Virus record (IMG/VR): IMGVR_UViG_3300028596_000001
DNA: 64,000 nucleotides
Origin: a virus
Lineage: Duplodnaviria; Caudoviricetes
Strand: one strand, 5' to 3'
Shown: piece after piece, positions 45,108-54,300 of the stretch
Layout: each line of letters begins with the position of its first letter
How positions within the stretch are numbered: position 1 is the first letter of the stretch
Program-made: the position numbers and the translations under genes
Notes under the pieces: model-generated
The model's database searches: none
What the model was told of the DNA's origin: nothing
The model's input: the letters and a program-made list of their open reading frames with translations, nothing else

Positions 45108-45314
45108 TTACCCTCCAGTAAGAACATGGAACAAACTAACGATGAACAACCAACAAACAGTTATTAAGATGATGTATGCAACAGTACATGTATCAGCTCT
45201 GCGTTTGAGGCTACTGAGAGGCCCCTCAAAGACCCAAGCGTTGAATTTACGATAATAGATACCAGCTAGGGTGAGTAACACCGTGGCGATGGCTAAGGAG
45301 AGCTCCCAGACCAT
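45108..45314 (-). CDS. Small two-TM membrane protein, 68 aa
   Basis: Two hydrophobic segments (WELSLAIATVLLTLAGIYY; VAYIILITVCWLFIVSLF); AAGGAAG RBS. Confidence 0.6.
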   Translation of the reverse strand: MVWELSLAIATVLLTLAGIYYRKFNAWVFEGPLSSLKRRADTCTVAYIILITVCWLFIVSLFHVLTGG

Positions 45315-45316
45315 GA

Positions 45317-45697
45317 TTAGATAGCTTCCTTAATAGTCAAAGACCACTGTGGCTTGGGTCGCATGGATCGAGAACCAGCAACTACTGTGTGATCCTCCAT
45401 TGCAAACTCCTTGGTCTGTAAATAAAGAACCAAAGTCACTTCCAAAGTTACATTTTCCAGAATACTGTAGACATCATTGGCCTCAAAGTAAGCACGGATT
45501 ACTCGAGCCAGGGTTTCGGAGTCACCTTGGGGAATATCAATCAATTCATTAATCTTGGCCACTTCAATAGCGCCAGTAACGTGACTCCAGAAAGCCGTAA
45601 CAGCAAACCCTTCGATCATCAGGTTTTGATAGCCTTTAGATATAGGAATGCGTACCGATCCTACAGCTTGCTCAAACTTCATTTCTGCACGCGACAT
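45317..45697 (-). CDS. Hypothetical protein, 126 aa
   Basis: GGAG RBS. Confidence 0.6.
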   Translation of the reverse strand: MSRAEMKFEQAVGSVRIPISKGYQNLMIEGFAVTAFWSHVTGAIEVAKINELIDIPQGDSETLARVIRAYFEANDVYSILENVTLEVTLVLYLQTKEFAMEDHTVVAGSRSMRPKPQWSLTIKEAI

Positions 45698-45732
45698 TGG
45701 TTAACTCCAAAAATGAAAATGCGGAATAAACC

Positions 45733-45758
45733 CTACTCCTAGGTTGCCCTAGGAGTAG
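45733..45758 (-). terminator. Terminator hairpin
   Basis: CTACTCCTAGG/CCTAGGAGTAG with a GCAA loop on the minus strand. Confidence 0.75.
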
Positions 45759-45777
45759 AGCTCACGCCGAGTAGAAA

Positions 45778-46221
45778 TTAGCTGAACAGCTTGGTCGCCA
45801 TTTCGATGTTGACCTTGTCTTGTTCAGCCATCCAGTCAGCGTGATCTTCCGAATGCTGATAGGTGGTCTGGGTGGTGCTGTGGCCGTACAGGAAGGCGTC
45901 TTCGCCGATCTGCTGCTTCAGGTGATGCTGGGAGTTGAAGATGACACCGCCGAGTTCCAGAGTGCCGTCGACAGTGGTCAGCTTCTTGTTGCTTTCGTAT
46001 TCGGTACGGGCGATGGTCGCGACCGCTTGACGAACCTGGCCGGAGGTGTCGTTGATGAAGGACACGTGCTGCTGCAGCGATTCGTTGGTGATGCCTTTAG
46101 GCAGCTCGACCTTTTCTGCGTTGAAGGTCACGTGGTTGGTAGCTTTGTTGTAGTTGTGGTGTTCTACCAACGAGTCAACGCCATTGCCCATCAGTTTGGC
46201 GTATTCGTTATTCAGCGACAT
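45778..46221 (-). CDS. Highly expressed early hypothetical protein, 147 aa
   Basis: Strong codon bias, own early promoter (46319-46335) and own terminator. Confidence 0.75.
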   Translation of the reverse strand: MSLNNEYAKLMGNGVDSLVEHHNYNKATNHVTFNAEKVELPKGITNESLQQHVSFINDTSGQVRQAVATIARTEYESNKKLTTVDGTLELGGVIFNSQHHLKQQIGEDAFLYGHSTTQTTYQHSEDHADWMAEQDKVNIEMATKLFS

Positions 46222-46318
46222 AATGTTCTCACTTACAAATTTAGGGTTAAAAGAAATCTACCAAGGAAGAGGAAGCATTGTGTACTTCCCCTCAGGCATT
46301 TGCCTGCTTGGTCATCTA

Positions 46319-46335
46319 AGTGATATAGGTTTGAA
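46319..46335 (-). promoter_or_regulatory. Putative early promoter
   Basis: TTCAAACCTATATCACT, abutting the stop of the upstream gene. Confidence 0.65.
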
Positions 46336-47094
46336 TTATTCTTGGGTCAGCAACTTGAAGTGATCCAGGATGCGGGGTTCATCATCCGTAGGTTCGTTGT
46401 CCCAGTGGCTGATAGCCTGGCTGACCTTGCGCTCGAAGAATTCAGGGGTGAAGCCACCGGTGTCGAACAGCGCTTGCAGGTAGCCCACTTCGAAACCGTA
46501 ACGGCTCAGCAGTTCTTCACGCTCTTGCGACATGTTGAACCGGCTGCCCATGTAAACCACCAGGTGTTCAGCCTTCTTGAAGCCGTCGCTGGTCAAGGCC
46601 ATGTCGACCAGGGTGTCATCGAAGCCCATCAGGCGCGTAGCGACGATCTTGAACAACTCGGTGTGCTCGTCGAAAGTGCGTGCGGCGATGATGTTGCTGA
46701 TTGCCTTGTTAGTGAAGTTCTCGCTGGCAATGGTGTTCTGCGTCCATGCGGTAGCGCGCACACCGGCCGATACCATGTACTGCTTGATGAGATGCGCAAT
46801 ATAGGTGTAGCACGCATCAGTCTTCACCGTGCTAACACCCACGCCCTTGATCAGGTGATCACCGGTATGGATGTCGGTGAAACGGCCCCATTGTTGACGC
46901 GAAGTAGACAGGAGAGTCCCCAGCACATTACCCCCGCCGACAGCATCCCGCAAAGCCAAGACGAAGGAGATTTGGTCTGTCTTGGCGTTTCGCAGGATGT
47001 CTTTGTCGAAGTCTGCTTCCATTACTTGTACTCCATTTACAGTTGAGTAGAAAGTGGGTCCCTGAATCCAGGGTATATCATAGAGGAACAGCAA
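46336..47094 (-). CDS. Conserved hypothetical protein (phiKZ gp174-like position), up to 252 aa
   Basis: ORF downstream of the prohead protease; start uncertain (possibly MEADFDK near 47022). Confidence 0.65.
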   Translation of the reverse strand: MLFLYDIPWIQGPTFYSTVNGVQVMEADFDKDILRNAKTDQISFVLALRDAVGGGNVLGTLLSTSRQQWGRFTDIHTGDHLIKGVGVSTVKTDACYTYIAHLIKQYMVSAGVRATAWTQNTIASENFTNKAISNIIAARTFDEHTELFKIVATRLMGFDDTLVDMALTSDGFKKAEHLVVYMGSRFNMSQEREELLSRYGFEVGYLQALFDTGGFTPEFFERKVSQAISHWDNEPTDDEPRILDHFKLLTQE

Positions 47095-47109
47095 AAATAA
47101 ATAATAGTA

Positions 47110-47138
47110 CCTAAGGTAGGGGATTCCCCTACCTTAGG
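47110..47138 (-). terminator. Terminator after the prohead protease gene
   Basis: 13-bp stem CCTAAGGTAGGGG/CCCCTACCTTAGG plus T tract. Confidence 0.8.
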
Positions 47139-47144
47139 CATGTC

Positions 47145-47993
47145 TTAGAACACGTTAAGCGAGCTGGTGGTCTTCAGACGAACAGGAGCAGCGTGGTGGT
47201 AGCGCTTCTTCAGATGGTCAAGCATGCCGACCAACTGATTGTGGCTCTCGGTACCTTCAAAACGAACCATGAAGGATTCCTTAGCCATTTCACGCTCACA
47301 GACGTAAACGACTTCATCGAAAGACACAGCCATCTCTGCTGGGGCTGCCAGGAGCTGGTGAGACATGAAGTCTTCCAGACCAGCAGTACGGTATTTGCAG
47401 GCTTCCAACATGCCCTGCTCAATAACCAGGTCATAACCAGTGAAGTAATCCACTTCACGGCTACGATCCCCCATCTTCTGCGGCTTGGTTACAGTGCGGA
47501 TACTGAACGCCGTATTGATGTCCGGATCTTCCAGGCTGTCCTTCAGGATGTGACCATGCACACCGAAAGGACGTACTTCGATCATGTTGTAAACTGGATC
47601 GGTTTCACCGCCTTTCATCACCCAGTGAATCTTCCGTACCGAACCGCATACGTTAGCTTCAATGATAGTGCGCAGACGATGGATCCACTGGAACACGTCG
47701 GTAATCGGGGTCTGAACAATGCGACCGTCGATACGTTCCCAGTAGTACTGCGGAGGGTGGCCCAGTTCACATTGGAGCTGCCCCTCACGCACACGGCGGT
47801 TCAGATCGGAATCTTCCCGCATGCATTCACGGAGGTAATCGTTGAACCGATACTTGATACCGCTACGGTTCTCGATGTTGAAACCGCCGGAGTTCAGCAG
47901 GTAATATTGCCCGCCTGGCTCCATTGGCTTCAAGATACCTTTTTTGCCGGTACCTTCCAGTACCGTGCTTCCAAAGGTGATGATCTTGCTCAT
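47145..47993 (-). CDS. Prohead maturation serine protease (phiKZ gp175 / SPN3US gp245-like), 282 aa
   Basis: ELGHP (catalytic His) and AFSIRT (catalytic Ser) motifs of the T4 gp21-like protease family; synteny. Confidence 0.88.
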   Translation of the reverse strand: MSKIITFGSTVLEGTGKKGILKPMEPGGQYYLLNSGGFNIENRSGIKYRFNDYLRECMREDSDLNRRVREGQLQCELGHPPQYYWERIDGRIVQTPITDVFQWIHRLRTIIEANVCGSVRKIHWVMKGGETDPVYNMIEVRPFGVHGHILKDSLEDPDINTAFSIRTVTKPQKMGDRSREVDYFTGYDLVIEQGMLEACKYRTAGLEDFMSHQLLAAPAEMAVSFDEVVYVCEREMAKESFMVRFEGTESHNQLVGMLDHLKKRYHHAAPVRLKTTSSLNVF

Positions 47994-48730
47994 GTTGGGA
48001 TACCCCTCATAATCCTTTCGTAGTCTGTAACTTTGGTATCGGGGTTAACCATTGCCGCCAAGGTGTTATCCTGCAAGTAACCGCTGGAGATCTTGGCGAA
48101 GGTGCCGTCAATCAACATGCTACCGTTGTTTAAACCAACGATGAGGGGAGGCCTGCCTTCCTTAGCAGCCTTACTGTAACGATATGGCTGATCGGGATTG
48201 TCAGGATCTCGGAACATAATGCTGGTAAGCACACGAGGTACCTGGAAGGTACTCCCCACATCATTACCGCATTCAGCCTTGGCGTTGTCAAACAAGCCGC
48301 GGACTTCCTGCTCACCCATATACCACGGAATCTTCGCGTAGTAGTAAAACTCCAACATGAAGTGATAGGGCTTGTTGGGATCCTGAATTACTTCCAGGCT
48401 CTCAATAACCGTGTCGCCCTTTTCAAACTCCAATACCAAATACTGAATTCCATTTACATTGCTTTCACGAATATTGAGCGGAACCAGCGTGATATCCATC
48501 AAAGCTATCAGGGGAGCATAAGACTCCCCCGGAATCACCAAACCCAGCACAGCGGCGGTAGTAACTTTGTCACTAACCGTCGCCATGCCGTTATCTACAA
48601 ACCGCTTGGGGAGATAGATCTCCACCTTACGATTTGCGATTACCGAACCATCAGGCAGTTCGGTAAAGGCTTTTCTTTCGAAGCTCTCATGCGGTTCTCG
48701 CTTGAGACCTTCAATACTCATTCCAGACAC
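47990..48730 (-). CDS. Conserved virion protein, possible small virion-RNAP subunit (phiKZ gp176-like), 246 aa
   Basis: Directly upstream of the prohead protease, as in relatives; synteny only. Confidence 0.55.
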   Translation of the reverse strand: MSGMSIEGLKREPHESFERKAFTELPDGSVIANRKVEIYLPKRFVDNGMATVSDKVTTAAVLGLVIPGESYAPLIALMDITLVPLNIRESNVNGIQYLVLEFEKGDTVIESLEVIQDPNKPYHFMLEFYYYAKIPWYMGEQEVRGLFDNAKAECGNDVGSTFQVPRVLTSIMFRDPDNPDQPYRYSKAAKEGRPPLIVGLNNGSMLIDGTFAKISSGYLQDNTLAAMVNPDTKVTDYERIMRGIPT

Positions 48731-50259
48731 TTGTCCACGATCAGGTTGATCACGGAAACAGTCAGGCGCTGGCGCTGGTCAGAGACATTGTCTTCGCCAG
48801 CTTGAGTAATGAAGGTATCTTCCAGCAGGTCCGCAGCCAAACCACAGCCGAGGGCGCGCAGGAATACTGGAACGATGTGCGACGACATTACCACGTCACA
48901 AACACCAGGACGTTCGTCACCTTCAGACACTGGAACATCGCTACCGAAGTCGTAACCACTGGCCATCAGCTCAGCGTAGCAACGACGCAGTTCTTGGCCA
49001 AAGGTATTGCTCACCCAGGTACCCAGCAGGTCTTGCGAACCAGCACGGATTTCATCGAGACGAGACATGATGTTCTCGTTACCGATAATGAAATCGTGGA
49101 TGGTCTTCAGACCGCCGGCAATGAAACGCACTTCAGCGTGAGCCGACAGTTTTTCATTGACGTAGGCGAAGTACTCGTTAGCCTTGGCCTGGAAGTGCTC
49201 AGGGTTAGTGAACATTTCGGTAGCGGTACGGCGATTGCCAGTCAGACGCTCCCAGTAGTAGCCCATCACCACTTCAGCCATGGAGCAGTCTTTCGACGTG
49301 ATAGCCTCCAGTACTTCGTCGGTGTAATAGACCATGGTGTCAGCTTCCAGGAAGCGAACATCCTTCTGGGTATCGCCACGACCGTCTACCAGACGCACCG
49401 GGCCGTTGTCGACCACCACCATCTTGGCATCACGGTAGTTAGCAACAACGACCTTGAGGTTGATCAGGTGAACGGTCATGCCGTTCCACAGAGTGGTAAC
49501 GAACTGACGGTAGGCTTCCAGGGAACCGGACTTCAGCCAAGGCACTGGGTTGTCCGAACTGTACATCTTGGTCAGGATGATGTAAGCCTTGAGGAGCTTC
49601 TCGGAATCCAGCTGCTTGATGCGGCTGAAGTCGTAGTTGCCTTCACGGCTACGTGCGAACCAGTGGTCCAGGGCTTCTTTGTCGGTCAGACAGAAAGCAG
49701 CGTTGGCAGGCGAGGAATCACGCTCACGCATGATCTCAACCACGTCGGCATGGTTGGAGTTAACGAACTCCAGGACCTGCTCGTTGGTCGGGAACTCGAA
49801 CTGCAGACCTTCGAGACTTTCCAGACCAACGTTGGTGTAGGTGAACAGCGACTTGTCCTTGACTTCCTTCGGATAGATCGGGGAGTCGAAGAACGGATCA
49901 TCCAGCCAGATGAACTGGTGCTTGAAGTTAACGCTGGCGACGCTGCGCAACATCTGACGGCTGTAGCAGACTTCGGCTTCTTTACCGATGGCCATGGCCA
50001 GAGGCTTACCGTAAGCGCTGATGTTCTCCATCGCACCACGGATGATCTCAGCCAGACGACTGGAAGCAGCTTCCATTACCGCAGTGTGCTCGGTCTCGTC
50101 GCCGCTGGTCGCTTCAACGATTTCCTTGCGGAACTGTTCGGTGTAAGGATGCAGCCCATGACTAACGCCGTTCAGACCTTCGATGATCGTGGTAGGACGC
50201 AGGACTGGATTGGCAACTGCGATCAGTTCGCCCAGACCGATACTCGATTGACGAATCAT
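48718..50259 (-). CDS. Conserved virion/head protein (phiKZ gp177-like), 513 aa
   Basis: Long ORF with a GGGGAGG RBS and strong codon bias; synteny. Confidence 0.65.
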   Translation of the reverse strand: MIRQSSIGLGELIAVANPVLRPTTIIEGLNGVSHGLHPYTEQFRKEIVEATSGDETEHTAVMEAASSRLAEIIRGAMENISAYGKPLAMAIGKEAEVCYSRQMLRSVASVNFKHQFIWLDDPFFDSPIYPKEVKDKSLFTYTNVGLESLEGLQFEFPTNEQVLEFVNSNHADVVEIMRERDSSPANAAFCLTDKEALDHWFARSREGNYDFSRIKQLDSEKLLKAYIILTKMYSSDNPVPWLKSGSLEAYRQFVTTLWNGMTVHLINLKVVVANYRDAKMVVVDNGPVRLVDGRGDTQKDVRFLEADTMVYYTDEVLEAITSKDCSMAEVVMGYYWERLTGNRRTATEMFTNPEHFQAKANEYFAYVNEKLSAHAEVRFIAGGLKTIHDFIIGNENIMSRLDEIRAGSQDLLGTWVSNTFGQELRRCYAELMASGYDFGSDVPVSEGDERPGVCDVVMSSHIVPVFLRALGCGLAADLLEDTFITQAGEDNVSDQRQRLTVSVINLIVDKCLE

Positions 50260-50420
50260 TAGTTCGCCTCCCCGTTCTTGGCCTTACGCACGATGGCCTT
50301 GCTGATCTTTTCGTCCTGAATGGATTCATCCAGAGGCGCGATGTAAACCAGTCCCAGTTTGGAAATGGTGTGTTTGACCAACTCGGTAACGTTGGCCACG
50401 GTGATGATATCACCGATCAT
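50259..50420 (-). CDS. Small protein below the ORF-track cut-off, 53 aa (MIGDIITVANVTELVKHTISKLGLVYIAPLDESIQDEKISKAIVRKAKNGEAN)
   Basis: Hand translation; genome-typical codons (ATC, ACC, AAG, GCC); TAA overlaps the next ATG; fills the gap exactly. Confidence 0.65.
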   Translation of the reverse strand: MIGDIITVANVTELVKHTISKLGLVYIAPLDESIQDEKISKAIVRKAKNGEAN

Positions 50421-50453
50421 TTTTTCTTTAGACACGACGTTGTACCTCTGGGA

Positions 50454-51377
50454 TCAGTAGTGTGCGCTAGAAGGCGAACGGTTGCTTGCGAGCATGCCGT
50501 CGTAATACGAGGTGTACAGACGAGTGTTGATTTCGCCTACAGTGATCCTGCCGTCCTTATCGAAGTCGAAACCTTTGTTCTGGGTATAACCCAGGCGTTC
50601 TTTCTCGACGTCTTTGGAGAAGATCACTTCATCCGGTTTCTTGCCAACGGCAGCCGGGTAGAAGATGGTCAGGTAGAAGTCTTCCAGGCGGTTGTACTTT
50701 TTGCCACGTTTCATCCACATCTCGAAGTACTTGAACACCCAGTCGAGTTGCTCTTCAGCAGACAGGGTGATCAGCCACTCAACTGTGACACGTGGGTCTT
50801 TGTAAACCCGGGACAGATCAAGCGCAGCATCTTTACCGAACTGGATCAGACCGAAGTAGTACGCACCAGCACCGTTACGGATGGTAGGGCTGAACGTCCC
50901 ACCGGTCTCGAAGTTGATACAGGCCATCAGTGCCGAAGGAGCGTTGTCCCACAGCTCGTGCTTTTTGCACCAGGCAATGACCTTCTCGACGAATACCTTG
51001 GAAACCTTCTTGCTCCAACCGATACCCAGGTAAGGAACACGATTGTAAGCCTTGTAGCTGCTCACAACCTTGCTGAAGGCATTCCAGGTGCCAGGGCCCA
51101 TGATGCCATCGCATTGACCGTCGTACAGCTTGAGGAGCTTCAGGTTGGACTGAATGTTCTTCAGCGCACCGTCCTCATTAACTACCTTAACCCACGGCAG
51201 AGGCGACGCTTCAGCACGCGAGCCATTGATACGGTAGTTGTAATCTTTGAACAAAGTCGCAACGGCAGTCGCACTACCATTACCCCATTTACCATCAATC
51301 GAACCGGCATAAAGGTCGCACTCTTTCGAGGCGACCTGAATGTCCCGGATTGCATTAAGCAGCCGGTAGTTTGTCAT
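50454..51377 (-). CDS. Modular endolysin: two peptidoglycan-binding (PG_binding_1-like) repeats plus an SLT/lysozyme-like catalytic domain, 307 aa
   Basis: DGKWGNGSATAV and DGIMGPGTWNAF PG-binding motifs; CINFETGGTFSP...FGLIQF transglycosylase-type catalytic Glu motif. Confidence 0.85.
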   Translation of the reverse strand: MTNYRLLNAIRDIQVASKECDLYAGSIDGKWGNGSATAVATLFKDYNYRINGSRAEASPLPWVKVVNEDGALKNIQSNLKLLKLYDGQCDGIMGPGTWNAFSKVVSSYKAYNRVPYLGIGWSKKVSKVFVEKVIAWCKKHELWDNAPSALMACINFETGGTFSPTIRNGAGAYYFGLIQFGKDAALDLSRVYKDPRVTVEWLITLSAEEQLDWVFKYFEMWMKRGKKYNRLEDFYLTIFYPAAVGKKPDEVIFSKDVEKERLGYTQNKGFDFDKDGRITVGEINTRLYTSYYDGMLASNRSPSSAHY

Positions 51378-54300
51378 TTAATTCCCCTGTAGACCTTTAC
51401 CGCCAATTTGGAAAACTCGGATACGACTTCGTTGCTAGCAGCTTCATCACGAAGACTGTTAACCATCCGGTTGAGCATACCCTTGAAACTGGTCTTCACG
51501 TCTACCCGTTTCCCATCCAGAGTGTAGATAGGTTTAGGCATAACGTAACCAGTGGTACACTTCATCTGATTACCGAGTACGTACTTGTCCGCCATGGTAC
51601 TAACGTCAAGTGTTTCAACGTAAATGGTGATCAGGACCAACCCTGGTGGAATGACTGGCTTGGCTACGTTCAGGTTGGTGTTGACTGCCCCAGTAACTGG
51701 CTCCTTACCTTCGGTCTCCATGAAACGCTTACGCTTCTTGTCATTCTCCTTAACCAGCTTCTTGACCGTCTCGGACATCTCTTCTTGCGGAGAGTTGTAC
51801 TTAACGTCAATGTGAATGATCTTACCGTGGTTCCTGGAACGAATCTGACGAATACCAAGGCGGTTGATTTCATTCGAAAAATCGGCAGAGTCCGGGCCGT
51901 CACTTAGGACGTCGCCGTCTTCAATTTCGCATAAAATCGCGTCATAATCGATCTCATCACCTACTTTTGCCCGCATCCCGATTGCCTGAGTGGCCAACAT
52001 GGTGAACCGCACAGGGTTTAGGAACGGAGTAACGGATTCCTCTACGATATCACGAGACACCGCAATGGAGTCCTCAAAGGTGTCCTGGTCTTCAACCATG
52101 GCAATACGCACCATACGACCAGTTTTGAGAACGGCTTGACCAGGGTTGAAAGGATCTCGAGCAAACCACTCGTTATCCCAACCAATGACGTCGCCCTTAC
52201 GGAACTTATCCCCTACTTTCAAATCAGTTACACGAGTATGACGGTGGTATTCACCACTGGCTTCCCCGATAACCAGACCCAGAGGATAACGGTCAACAGA
52301 ACCATCCTTGTAGGTAACTACCAACTGATCGTCTTCTACAGCAGTAACCTTACCTTCTTCTTTGGCTACTTTGCTGTACAGCTCGGAAGTACGATGTGCC
52401 ATCACGGAGTCATAACCAGTACGAGTAATACCCCAGGTATAGTTCTTCGCACTAACTGCTTGCGACCACTGAGTGGAAATGAACACCTGACGTTTAGCAT
52501 CGTCCTTGGTTACCGACACGGACAGGTTACCAGTCACCGACATCAAGCTGGTGAAACTAGGCTTGCCTTTAAGGTCCATGTTGCCGCGGTAGTCATCGAT
52601 CAACGGGTCACTGGTGGTGTAAGTAACGAAACCTACTTTACCACTGTCCTTGTTCGCCTCACTAATACGACCACGGTAGGTAGGTAGTTGTTCACGAGCA
52701 CGTTGTACAACCGTGATCTCGCTACGACCACCAGTACCACCAAAGGTGAGTTCTTCTTGATCCTTCGTCTGGTGAACAGGGTTTACCTCTTCTACCAAGT
52801 TAACCGAAGTATCAGTCAGAATCCGCATGGTGACTGCGTCAGGGTTGATCTCGAACTTGTGCTTACGGTCTTTACCTTTGTTGTGGTAACGACGGTTAGC
52901 TTCGCACATCTCGCTGTAAATGTGACCAGCAAAACGTTCGTAACCAACAATGCGCTGTTCTTCCAGCTCCACTTCATGACGGGTCTGATCAGTTTCCAGC
53001 AACTGCACAGCATCAAGCAGCAGGTAGTGGAACGAATCAGCGTAACCGAGCTTCTGCAACTGCTCTTTAGTAATAGGGTCAATGAACAAGTCGAAGAGGT
53101 TCTTCATTTCGCGGAAATGACGAGTCTTGACTTTAGGATCAGCCATCAGCGGACCCCAAACACCGTTGTTGTTCAAATCGCTCTTACTAAAGTTGCTGAT
53201 GTTCCCCAGACCAACCAAACCACCGAAGATCATGGCAGCAAACTTTTCACGACGATTGAAGATCAGGTATTCATCGTTAAAGGCAATCGCGTATTCGTCT
53301 TCAGACAACTTAGGACGAGTACCGTTAGGCACGGAGCGCGTGGTAGCCTTGGTGACTGCCAGCAACGTGTCGATACCGAAGTAGTAGCAGAGCACCACAC
53401 CAATAGGGAACAGGAAGCCCCCGATGTTGATAGATGCAAACTCGATAGGAGCCTTAGCCAGCGAGATCCCCATCAAGCCTTCGAGTGTACCCAGTTCCAC
53501 ACCGTCGATATAGATGTTGCCGTAACTGTCCGTGGTGAGTGGCTTGCCGTCTTTAACACCGATCAGGAAGTTATCCTTCTTCAAATACTTCTTGAAGTCG
53601 GGGTATTCAGCCAGCAGGTTGTGGACACGGAAATCGAAGGTGTATTCCCCGGCCTTGATCCACTGGAAGCGAGTAGCCAACGCACTGTAGACTCGTGGGC
53701 TCGGCAAGCTCTGATCAAACTTGTTACCACGGTTGAAAGTCAGGTTACCAGCGTCACCCTGCGCCATGATCTGCTTGCTCATCCAGACACCCAGATCTTG
53801 CGCTACCTTCTTGCTTCGAGTAACCATCAAACGGTTGGGGTAGTAACTACTCAAAGCTACCTTAGCCCGGTCGATCTTGCGGATAGGCAATTCACGACGC
53901 TGCAACTGCATGTGAGTCTTCACACCGTCAACAGTGAAGGTACTATCCTTCTGGACCCTGGGGACACGTATGACGTGCGTGGACTGCTCACCGTCCACTG
54001 GGTGGAGTTGGATACTGAAAACGTCGTACTCACCCTCTACGCTCGTTACAACGTCATGTTTGAAGTTGTTGAGTGCGATACCGGCGTTCTGGATACCAAC
54101 GAACATGCTGACGATGTCCTTATGCAGGAACTTGTCAACGTAACCTTGTTTGAGGATGTTAGCTTTCGACACCAACATACTCTCATCGAGAATAGTGGTG
54201 AAGTTAGCTTCGATCTTCGCATCGCTCTTCAGAGACTTCAGGTCCTCTTGGGATACCTTCATGAACTCTTCGAGGGTTTGTCCGTTAGGCATTTCGATGT

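Noticed and set aside
50162-50413. 83-aa track ORF as the gene between the endolysin and the 513-aa gene
   Set aside because: Atypical composition and deep overlap with the 513-aa gene; the 53-aa ORF in another frame fits the gap and the codon usage.
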